Of a DNA stretch of 64,000 nucleotides, positions 48,578 through 56,847 are shown piece by piece; positions within the stretch are counted from its first letter, which is position 1, and each line of letters opens with the position of its first letter. Under the pieces are notes generated by a model. It was given only the letters and a program-made list of their open reading frames with translations. It made no database searches and was not told the DNA's origin. The translations under genes were made by a program, and so were the position numbers. The stretch spans positions 576,001 to 640,000 of the forward strand of contig CBDFLQ010000007.1 in NCBI GenBank assembly GCA_965249275.1. The letters are read 5' to 3'. This stretch comes from Dehalococcoidia bacterium. Its GTDB lineage: Bacteria > Chloroflexota > Dehalococcoidia > Plut-88900.

Positions 48578-49309
48578 CGTTCGAATACCAACCCAACTAT
48601 CTCAAGGAGGAACCAAAAACCCAGGGAAGCCCACCCGACCCACCAGAGGATTCAACGCCTCAGCCCATCCCAACGGCCTTCGCGCAGGCCCGCGGCACAA
48701 GTGACCGGCGCCATCTCCTTTTCCCATCGGGTCCCGTGCCCCTTTCCCTGGTAGTCAGGCGATGGAAGATGCCTGGACGGCGTCATAGTGGACCGGCCAT
48801 CCTCCGCCGAGACCCCGTCTCGGTGGTCGGTTAGCAGCGAGCTTACGCTTTATCAAGCATGGGGTGGCGGACCGGCTATCCCCGTCCGAGACTCCCTCTC
48901 GGAAGTTGGCCCGCCTGCGAGCTTACGCCATATCAAGCAAGGGGCCGTTGGGCCGCCTAGACCCTCGGGTGGCCCACGCAAATACGATATCTGAGGGGGC
49001 TACAGCCCGATCACTGGCCCCCATCATGCCTGTGGGCATTCAGAGGCGGGGTCACAGCCGGACTATCTCCCCGGAAAGTCCGTGTTTATCATCGAGCGTT
49101 AGGGGTGGCAGGGCTTCCATGCCTCGGAGCAGCCCAACATCCGCCAGCAAAACGGGGCAAAACCGACCAATCAGCGTCTTCCATCGTCAACCCTCCCAAC
49201 AGACAAAACCCCACCCCACCCCACAATCGAAGATGGAACATCCGCCTCTGGAGGACTGAAGAAAAGGCCGGTGTGTCACTAATCTACCGAACGAGTACAC
49301 CCGATTGAC
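48578..49309 (+). ncRNA. Candidate large structured ncRNA, copy 2 (~730 nt, family not recognised)
   Basis: Homologous to 9478-10218(-). Helix 48758-48772 with 49174-49188 is retained through two G-U pairs. Identical block at 49218-49282. Confidence 0.75.
48790..48944 (+). repeat. Degenerate ~80-nt tandem duplication inside ncRNA copy 2
   Basis: GGACCGGC..CCGAGAC..TCTCGG..GCGAGCTTACGC..TATCAAGCA.GGGG occurs twice (48790-48864 and 48869-48944). Confidence 0.85.
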
Positions 49310-49333
49310 AACCGACCAGTCCAAAAGCATACT
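49305..49333 (+). promoter_or_regulatory. Putative sigma70 promoter for the downstream LLM gene; its -35 overlaps the element's 3' end
   Basis: TTGACA (49305-49310), 17 bp, CATACT (49328-49333). Confidence 0.55.
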
Positions 49334-49383
49334 CGCCGGGTGTTCCGCCGAGCGCAACGTGCCCCGAGATAAAGGAGGGATTC

Positions 49384-50562
49384 ATGACACTGCCCGACCG
49401 CATGAAGTTCGGCATTTTCATGGCCCCCTTCCATTGGGCCGCCGAAAATCCTACCCTCTCCTTTGAGCGCGACATGGAACTCCTGGAGTGGCTCGACCAG
49501 CTGGGCTACGACGAAGCCTGGATCGGCGAGCATCACAGTGGAGGCTGGGAGACCATCGCTTCCCCGGAGATATTCATAGGCGCCGCCGCCCAGCGCACCA
49601 AGCACATCAAACTGGGCACGGGCGTCCTCAGCCTTCCCTACCATCATCCCCTCATGGTCGCCAACCGCATGATCCAACTAGACCACATGACCCGAGGCAG
49701 AGTGATGATGGGAGTCGGGCCCGGGGCCCTTGTCGGCGACGCCTTCATGCTCGGCATCGACCCTCCTCTCCAGCGCCAGCGCATGGACGAGGCCCTCAAC
49801 ATCATCCTCCGCCTCTGGACCGAGACCGACCCCATCACCTACGAAGCCGACTGGTTTACCCTCAAGGAGGCCACCGTCCACCTTCGCCCATATACTCTGC
49901 CCCACATCCCCGTCGCAGTTGCCGCCTCCTATTCCCCCGCTGGAATGGTCTGCGCCGGTAAATACGGCCTCGCCGTCCTCTCCCTGAACACCATCTCGGT
50001 CCCCGGCGCTGCAGCCCCCGACCTTGCCAAGTTCTGGGACATCGCCGAGGAGACCGCCGACAAGTACGGCAATACCGTCAGCCGAGACGACTGGGGCATC
50101 GTCATTCACGTCCACCTCGCCGAGAGCCGCAAGGAGGCCATAGAGCAGGCCCGAGAGGCCTCAGGCCGCTACCAGAAGGAGTATTTCGAAGACACCCTGG
50201 GCCTGCCAACCGCCTTCGAAGGGCCCCAGGACAAGATCATCGACCACATGGTGGCCACCAATAACTGGTGCGTCGGCACCCCCGACGACCTTGTCGAGAC
50301 CATTCACCGGCTTGAGGAGGAGTCGGGCGGATTTGGAAGACTCCTCATTCAGGCCACCGAGTGGGGAACACGTGAGCAGGTACTCCACAGCTACGAACTC
50401 CTTGCCCGCTACGTAATGCCTCGCTTCCAGGGCTCGGTAACCAGCCTCCACAACTCCCGAGAGTGGTCGGTCAAAAAACGCGAGGAGCTCGTCGCCCTCA
50501 ATATCAAGGCCATGGACAAGGCCAAAGCCGACTACGTCAAAAACGTAGCCGCAGGTCCCTAG
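49384..50562 (+). CDS. LLM-class flavin monooxygenase (limonene 1,2-monooxygenase-like)
   Basis: KFGIFMAPFH, LGYDEAWIGEHHS, LPYHHP and LDHMTRGR; AAGGAGG SD. Confidence 0.93.
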   Translation: MTLPDRMKFGIFMAPFHWAAENPTLSFERDMELLEWLDQLGYDEAWIGEHHSGGWETIASPEIFIGAAAQRTKHIKLGTGVLSLPYHHPLMVANRMIQLDHMTRGRVMMGVGPGALVGDAFMLGIDPPLQRQRMDEALNIILRLWTETDPITYEADWFTLKEATVHLRPYTLPHIPVAVAASYSPAGMVCAGKYGLAVLSLNTISVPGAAAPDLAKFWDIAEETADKYGNTVSRDDWGIVIHVHLAESRKEAIEQAREASGRYQKEYFEDTLGLPTAFEGPQDKIIDHMVATNNWCVGTPDDLVETIHRLEEESGGFGRLLIQATEWGTREQVLHSYELLARYVMPRFQGSVTSLHNSREWSVKKREELVALNIKAMDKAKADYVKNVAAGP

Positions 50563-50601
50563 CCCCGACCCCAAAACCTTAGATTCGGAGATTGCACCTA
50601 T

Positions 50602-51111
50602 ATGCCTAACTGGGCCGAGACCATAGTTGAAGAGCTGAAGAAGAAAGAAGTATCCCTGATAGTCTTCGTCCCCGACATCAGTATCGACAGAGTAACCTCC
50701 TTGCTGGAAAGCGATCCTTATTTCCACGTTGTCGCTGCCACCAGGGAAGAAGAGGCCATCGGTATCGCCTCCGGAGCCTTTGCAGCGGGGTGCAATGCCG
50801 CGGTCTTCATGCAGTCCAGTGGGTTCGGAAATTCCGTAAACGCCATCTGCAGCCTCTGCATCCCCTGCCGCTTCCCCATCCCCATATTCATTAACCTTCG
50901 CGGCGAGGTGGGAGAGTTCAACATCGCCCAGGTCCCTATGGGCAGAGCCACCCGACCTATCCTGGATGTCCTCAACATTCCCTTCTACACGCTCGACACA
51001 GACCGCAACCTTGACAAGACCGTCGGCGGAGGCCTAAAGCTCTGTTACAGCAGCCGAGAGCCCGTCGCCTTTTGCCTTACACCCTTGCTCCACGGAGGCA
51101 AGCTTGCTTAG
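50602..51111 (+). CDS. Sulfopyruvate/phosphonopyruvate decarboxylase alpha subunit (ComD-like)
   Basis: VPD, TREEEAIGIASGA, MQSSGFGNSVN and AQVPMG. Confidence 0.85.
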   Translation: MPNWAETIVEELKKKEVSLIVFVPDISIDRVTSLLESDPYFHVVAATREEEAIGIASGAFAAGCNAAVFMQSSGFGNSVNAICSLCIPCRFPIPIFINLRGEVGEFNIAQVPMGRATRPILDVLNIPFYTLDTDRNLDKTVGGGLKLCYSSREPVAFCLTPLLHGGKLA

Positions 51112-51700
51112 ATTAGACGCCACCAAGATGATCCTGTCCCATCTCAAAGATGAGGTTGTCGTCTCCAACCTCGGACCGACAACCGACGAGCTCTGGATAT
51201 CAGGACACCGGGACCGCAACTTCTACACTTACGGGTCCATGGGCCTCTGCTCCTCCATGGCCCTCGGCATGGCCCTCTCTACCGACGAGAAGATCGTCTC
51301 TCTCGACGGAGACGGCTCCCTCCTGATGAACATGGGCACGCTGGCCACCATAGCCCGCGAAAACCCCAAGAACCTTGTCGTCATCGCTTGGGACAACGAG
51401 GAGTGGTGCCAGACCGGCCACCAGAAAACTCACACCGCCTTCTCCACCGACCTTGAAAAGGTCGCGGCGGGTTGCGGCATCGAGAAAACCGCTACCGTCC
51501 GAGACATGGAGTCGCTGGAAGGCATCTTCGTACGCGCCCTCGCAGAAGACGGGCCCTGGTTTATCAACGCCAAGATCGACGAAGGTGAAGAATACCCCGT
51601 CATGCCAATCGAGCCGGAGGTCACCCTCTACAGGTTCCGCCGGACCTTCACCGACATCCCCACGGGACACCTCACCGCCGCACCCGAAGGCAGACCCTAG
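51104..51700 (+). CDS. Sulfopyruvate/phosphonopyruvate decarboxylase beta subunit (ComE-like)
   Basis: NFYTYGSMG and DGDGSLLMN...DN ThDP motif; overlaps the alpha gene. Confidence 0.85.
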   Translation: MLRLDATKMILSHLKDEVVVSNLGPTTDELWISGHRDRNFYTYGSMGLCSSMALGMALSTDEKIVSLDGDGSLLMNMGTLATIARENPKNLVVIAWDNEEWCQTGHQKTHTAFSTDLEKVAAGCGIEKTATVRDMESLEGIFVRALAEDGPWFINAKIDEGEEYPVMPIEPEVTLYRFRRTFTDIPTGHLTAAPEGRP

Positions 51701-52899
51701 ACCGGAACCACGTACAGGTCCCGATCCTCCTCGGTTAGCACCTCGCAGCCGTCTTCGGTGATGGCTATGGTCTCGCTCAACCCGACTCCAAACTGGCCCG
51801 GGACCCGGTAGGTGATGGGCATATGAAACGTCATCCCCGGCAATAAAGGCTCATCCACTCCCTCCGCAATCCAGGTCAGAGCTTCCGACCATGTCGGCGG
51901 AAAGCCGATACCCACGTTGTAACCGTAAGTCCCCCCAAAGTACGCTACATCCTCTACTTTGCCGTAACCCTTGCGGGCCGCCATCGCCACGTCGTGGCCC
52001 GTGCGTCCGGGCCTCGCCTCCTCGATTATCGTCGAGACCGTCTCTTTCACCGCCTCAGCCACGCGAAGCACCTCCGGTGACGGCTCTCCTATCACCGCCG
52101 TGCGCATCATCGGCGCCGTATACCTCTGATGCGCGCCACCAAACTCCAGGAACACATTGTCCCCGACTTCCAGCGGGACCCGACGGTAGGTCGTGTGCCC
52201 GTAGCTGGTCCTTTCGCCCGAGGATACGATAGGCTGCACCGACATAAACTCGCTTCCCGCCGCGATCATCGCATCGTACCCTACCCTCGCCACGTCGTTG
52301 TCCAGGACTCCGGGCCGTATCGCTTCCAAGGACGCATTTATGGCCACCCTCGTATACCCGGCGGCCTTGCGCAGAAAGTCCATCTCCAACGGGGACTTCA
52401 CCATCCGCACCCGTGCCACGAGGTCCGACGCGTCCATCAAAACCGCAGTGGGCAATGAGCTTCTTAGCGATTCCAGCACGGGCGGCAATAGCCCGTGCCT
52501 CGAGGGCTCGATGCCCAGTCTCCCCGACTCCAGCCCCATCTCCCGTATCATGTCCGCCAATTGCTCCCCGGCCCCTGCCTGACCCCTCCAGTCCGCACTG
52601 ACAATATTCTTCACCCAGGAATTCACCACACCCGCCGCAATTTCCATGGACGTCACCTGCAACGCAGCGTCGCCGTCCAGCGGGAGTATCAGGCAAGCGT
52701 GGTTTCCGACACCGAAAGTGTAGTACCCACTGACGTAGTACAGGTTGCATGGGTACGTGATCAGCAGGGCATCCAGCCCTTCCGCCTCCATCTCCTTCCT
52801 CACCTTACCCACCCGCGTGTGGTACTCCCCTTCCGGGAACGGGACCCCGCTCCTGTGAGAGCTTGCCATCAGGCCTTCTATATACTGCTTAGCATCCAT
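51697..52899 (-). CDS. M24-family Xaa-Pro peptidase/creatinase-like protein
   Basis: Creatinase_N domain (EY..R..KVR..M...GLDALL), RMVKSPLE and GLSETIAITEDGCEVLT. Confidence 0.88.
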   Translation of the reverse strand: MDAKQYIEGLMASSHRSGVPFPEGEYHTRVGKVRKEMEAEGLDALLITYPCNLYYVSGYYTFGVGNHACLILPLDGDAALQVTSMEIAAGVVNSWVKNIVSADWRGQAGAGEQLADMIREMGLESGRLGIEPSRHGLLPPVLESLRSSLPTAVLMDASDLVARVRMVKSPLEMDFLRKAAGYTRVAINASLEAIRPGVLDNDVARVGYDAMIAAGSEFMSVQPIVSSGERTSYGHTTYRRVPLEVGDNVFLEFGGAHQRYTAPMMRTAVIGEPSPEVLRVAEAVKETVSTIIEEARPGRTGHDVAMAARKGYGKVEDVAYFGGTYGYNVGIGFPPTWSEALTWIAEGVDEPLLPGMTFHMPITYRVPGQFGVGLSETIAITEDGCEVLTEEDRDLYVVPV

Positions 52900-52989
52900 A
52901 TGCCGCTCCTATTGGATTCCATCATTCCTGGTTCCGGCATTCTACCCCACCCCCGACACGAATCCCGCGTATGCCGCTATAATCAGCCC

Positions 52990-53732
52990 ATGACCGAGTT
53001 GGCAGACACCCTGGCCGGCCCAATGTGGGAAGAGGACGAATCCCAGGTCTTTCTCCGCTACGGCCCCCTCTTCGTTCCTCGGCGCGAGGAGCAAATCGAC
53101 ACGGTATGCCGACTCATCCCCGCAGACTTGGAGGACGAGTTCAACGCCGTGGAGCTCAGGGCGGGAGACGGAGCCCTTGCCTCGACAGTTATGTCATCCT
53201 TCCCTAACTGTCGATACCTGGCTCTGGACGGCTCCGAGATGATGCGGGCTCGGCTGCAGGCGTCGCTCCAATCCAATGAAGGCCGACTCCAAATCGCGCC
53301 TTTTGACCTTGCTGATACCACTTGGCGCACTCGCCTCCCCGAACCTTTGCGTTGCATGCTCGCCTCCCTCATCGTCCACCACCTGAACGCCGACGGTAAA
53401 CGGCAATTGTTCTCGGATCTCGCTTGGAGCCCGACGGGGCATTCATAATGATCGATCTGGTCGAACCTGCGTCTTCCCAAACCAGGAATACTTACGCCCG
53501 ACAGTGGGATGAAGACGCCCGCGCCCGAGTCCAGGCCTCAGGCGAAGACCCCGAGGCCTACGATATATTTCGAAATGACCGTTGGAATTTCTACGCAGAT
53601 CCCACCCCCGACCCCTATGACCAACCATCCCCGCTCGCCGATCAGCTAAACTGGCTCCGTGACGCAGGGTTCTCAAAGGTCGATTGTTTTTGGATGTACG
53701 CAGGCCACGCAATCTTTGGCGGATACAAGTAG
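52990..53732 (+). pseudogene. Class I SAM-dependent methyltransferase, frameshifted near 53424
   Basis: N-terminal half (VELRAGDG, LDGSEMM, SLIVHHL) and C-terminal half (LEPDGAFIMID...WLRDAGFSKVDCFW) are in different frames. Confidence 0.8.
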
Positions 53733-53800
53733 ACTAAAGGCCGGAAGAGTTCCGGAGCCGCCCCTAGGCATTCCTTACAAGCGGCCCGGCCAGGAGGAAC

Positions 53801-55000
53801 GTGATGATAACTAAATTCGGCACCCTTTTCGCAGGGCACGTGGACATGGAGACTGTCGGCTTGGCTGCTCCTGCAGTCAATGACCGCCTATACCCCAACG
53901 AGCACCTGATTACCGCCTTCGACCGGGCCGAGGACATGGCCAAGCTCATGGACGACCTCGGCTACCACACGCTATGGCTCGCCGAGCACCACTTCCAGCG
54001 TGAAGGCTACGAGTGCATCCCCAACATCCTGATGCTCGCCATGCACCTGACCAGCATCACCAAGAAGCTCAAAATAGGCTCCGGTTTCAACATCACCACC
54101 ATGTGGCACCCTCTCCGCCTCGCCGAGGACTACGCCACCGCCGACGTCCTCACAAAAGGCCGTGTCACCTTCGGCGTCGGCAGAGGTTACCACACCCGGG
54201 AGGTCGAAGTCTTCGACGCCCCTCTCCTTGACCAGGACGCCAACCGAGACCTCTTTGAAGAACAGCTCGACATCATCTTTAAAGCTTTCAACAACGAGTC
54301 TTTCACCCACCACGGAAAGTACTACGACATCCCCGCCAAGGTCCCCTACCGCGGCTATGAACTGGAAGAGCTTACTCTCGTCCCTCGGCCCGTCAACCTT
54401 CCCGTCGAGTGCTGGCAGCCCATCGTCAGCGGGAACCCCAGGGGCTTAAATTTCATGGCCAAACACGGCATTCAGGGCGTGATCGGCGGCGGAGTGGCCC
54501 AGGGTGGCGCGTCCAACAAGGTAGTAAGGACCTGGCAGGAGACTCTTGCCGCCCACGGCCGGGAGACCGAGCTAGGCGGCGATCTCCTCATGGGTTTCTC
54601 CTTCCACATCGCCGAGACTCCCGAAAGGGCGATCCAGGAGGCCCGCGACTATTACTACGAGGATATGAAGATGTTTGCCCCGCTCAACATGCGTCGGGGC
54701 ATTACCCCCGAGCAGATCGAGATCCTCGGCGACCCCGCGAAGGCCCCCTTCGCCGACCTGCCGAAGATCGAGGATGATGCTGCACGAGGAGGTTGGCTGT
54801 GCGGCCCACCCGACTTCATTATCGAGCAGCTTATGAAGGTCCAGGAGATGTACCCTGGTCTCGAACGCATCAACGCCGGCAACGCCATCGGCACCCCTCA
54901 CGCGGTCGTGATGGAGCAGCTGGAACGGTTCGGCAAGGAAGTCATGCCTGCCTTCACCAAGCAGGCCGAGGAGCCCGCAGAAAGGGCGGTGGCCTCATGA
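53801..55000 (+). CDS. LLM-class flavin-dependent oxidoreductase
   Basis: LGYHTLWLAEHHFQ, WHPLRLAED and GRVTFGVGRG; AGGAGG SD. Confidence 0.93.
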   Translation: MMITKFGTLFAGHVDMETVGLAAPAVNDRLYPNEHLITAFDRAEDMAKLMDDLGYHTLWLAEHHFQREGYECIPNILMLAMHLTSITKKLKIGSGFNITTMWHPLRLAEDYATADVLTKGRVTFGVGRGYHTREVEVFDAPLLDQDANRDLFEEQLDIIFKAFNNESFTHHGKYYDIPAKVPYRGYELEELTLVPRPVNLPVECWQPIVSGNPRGLNFMAKHGIQGVIGGGVAQGGASNKVVRTWQETLAAHGRETELGGDLLMGFSFHIAETPERAIQEARDYYYEDMKMFAPLNMRRGITPEQIEILGDPAKAPFADLPKIEDDAARGGWLCGPPDFIIEQLMKVQEMYPGLERINAGNAIGTPHAVVMEQLERFGKEVMPAFTKQAEEPAERAVAS

Positions 55001-56778
55001 TCGACCCCATCACTCTCGAAGTCATCCGTCATCGCCTCCAGTCCATCGCGGACGAGATGGAGATGACACTCCTGAAGAGCTCTTACTCCAGCGTGATCAA
55101 GGAGGGCCTCGACGCCTCCACCGCCATCTTCGACATCAACGGCGACACCATCGCTCAGGGCAACTCCATCCCCATACACCTCGGTAGCCTCATCCCTGCG
55201 GTCAAGTCCATCACAGCCACCTATCCCCCCGACACCATGCAGGAGGGCGATGCCTACATCCTCAATAACCCCTACCGCGGCGGCACCCACCTCCCCGACG
55301 TTACCATCATCACCCCCGTCTTCCACAACGGCAAGCCCATAGTTTTTGGCTGCACCATCGCCCATCACCAGGACCTCGGGGGCAAGACACCCGGCAGCAT
55401 CCCCCCCGACGCCACGGAGATATTCCAGGAAGGCCTGATAATACCTCCCCTCAAGCTCTACGAGGCCGGTGTACCCAACCACACCCTCCACGAGATTCTC
55501 CGCAACAATATCCGCATCCCCGACATGGTTATCGGAGACATGCGGGCTCAGCTTGCAGCTTGCCACGTCGCCAAGACCCAGATTGCCTCCCTCCTCACCG
55601 AGTATTCTGAAGAAACCCTGGTCGAGGCCATGGCCGCCTTACTCGACAACTCCGAAAAGGCCACCCGCAAAGTCCTGGAACAGATCCCCGACGGCACCTA
55701 CTCCTTCGAGGATTACCTCGACAACGATGGAATCGAGATGGATATTCGACGGCTGATCAAGGCCACCATTACTATCCGTGGCTCGAACATCACCGTCGAC
55801 TTCACCGGCTCCAGTCCCCAGGTGAAAGGGCCTTTCAACTCCCCTACCGCCTCCACCATGTCCACCGTCTTTTACATCGTCCGCGCAGTCACCGGCTCCG
55901 ACATCATGAGCAACTCCGGCTGCTTCCGACCTATCAACGTAGTCCTTCCCAAGGCCAGCATCGTCAACCCCGACCACCCTGCGCCCGTCAACTCTCGTAC
56001 CGCTACCGTCAAGCGCATAACCGACGTGCTGAACGGCGCTATGGTGCAGGCCGTCCCCGACAGGCTGCCCGCCGCATCCTCCGGCCAACTCCTCGTCCTG
56101 GCCCTCGGCGGCATCGATCCGGCAAATAACAAGCCCTATGTCGCCAGCGAGCTCGGGGCTGGGGGAATGGGTGCCCGGCCCAACGCCGACGGCATAGACG
56201 CAATCGAGACCGACGTTTCCAACTGCATGAACGTTCCCGCCGAAGCCCTTGAAATGGACCACCCTCTCCGTATTCTCAAGTCCAACCTATGGAATGATTC
56301 CGGCGGCGCAGGTGAGTTCCGGGGCGGTCTGGGCCTTGAAAAGGTCTTTGAAGTCGCGCGCGGCGAAGCCACTATCACCTACAGGGGAGAGCGGCACACC
56401 CTGCCGCCCTGGGGCCTGTTCGGCGGCCTTCCTGGCAGTAAGACCAACGCCATGATCATTCGCAAGGACGGCCGGGTGGAGATCGTGCCCCCCAAGGCAA
56501 TCCTCAGACTCAGCGCGGGAGACCAGCTTCACGCCTTCACCGCCGGCGGCGCGGGATTCGGAGACCCCCTGAACCGCCCTCCCGAGAAAGTCCTCCGAGA
56601 CTATCTGGACAGCCGCATTTCTCTAGAGTCCGCCCGCGCCGACTACGGCGTAGTCATTGACCCCTCGGCCAAGTCCGTAGACATCTCCACAACCGAATCT
56701 CTCAGAGAAGAGGTCCGCTCAGAGCGAGGCCCCATAGACTGGACTTATGATCTCGGTGTGGAGCTGGGGCGCGTCTAG
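54997..56778 (+). CDS. Hydantoinase B/oxoprolinase-family protein
   Basis: MIDPITLEVI, NNPYRGGTHLPD, HHQDLGG, DSGGAGEFRGG and GGAGFGDP; ATGA overlap with the LLM gene. Confidence 0.93.
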   Translation: MIDPITLEVIRHRLQSIADEMEMTLLKSSYSSVIKEGLDASTAIFDINGDTIAQGNSIPIHLGSLIPAVKSITATYPPDTMQEGDAYILNNPYRGGTHLPDVTIITPVFHNGKPIVFGCTIAHHQDLGGKTPGSIPPDATEIFQEGLIIPPLKLYEAGVPNHTLHEILRNNIRIPDMVIGDMRAQLAACHVAKTQIASLLTEYSEETLVEAMAALLDNSEKATRKVLEQIPDGTYSFEDYLDNDGIEMDIRRLIKATITIRGSNITVDFTGSSPQVKGPFNSPTASTMSTVFYIVRAVTGSDIMSNSGCFRPINVVLPKASIVNPDHPAPVNSRTATVKRITDVLNGAMVQAVPDRLPAASSGQLLVLALGGIDPANNKPYVASELGAGGMGARPNADGIDAIETDVSNCMNVPAEALEMDHPLRILKSNLWNDSGGAGEFRGGLGLEKVFEVARGEATITYRGERHTLPPWGLFGGLPGSKTNAMIIRKDGRVEIVPPKAILRLSAGDQLHAFTAGGAGFGDPLNRPPEKVLRDYLDSRISLESARADYGVVIDPSAKSVDISTTESLREEVRSERGPIDWTYDLGVELGRV

Positions 56779-56847
56779 TCGGCTGTTCCCTTAGGGAATC
56801 AAGAGGGGCGAAGCCACCATTGCTAGGGTTTGGGGATGTCCCCCAAA

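Noticed and set aside
48790-48944. Possible mini-CRISPR array
   Set aside because: Only two units, the intervening sequences are themselves homologous, and there are no cas genes.
49233-49259. Mini-ORF MEHPPLED* in the invariant core (also 9528-9554 on the minus strand)
   Set aside because: No SD, and no synonymous variation to indicate coding. It does not resemble a tmRNA tag ending in AA. Not excluded, but unsupported.
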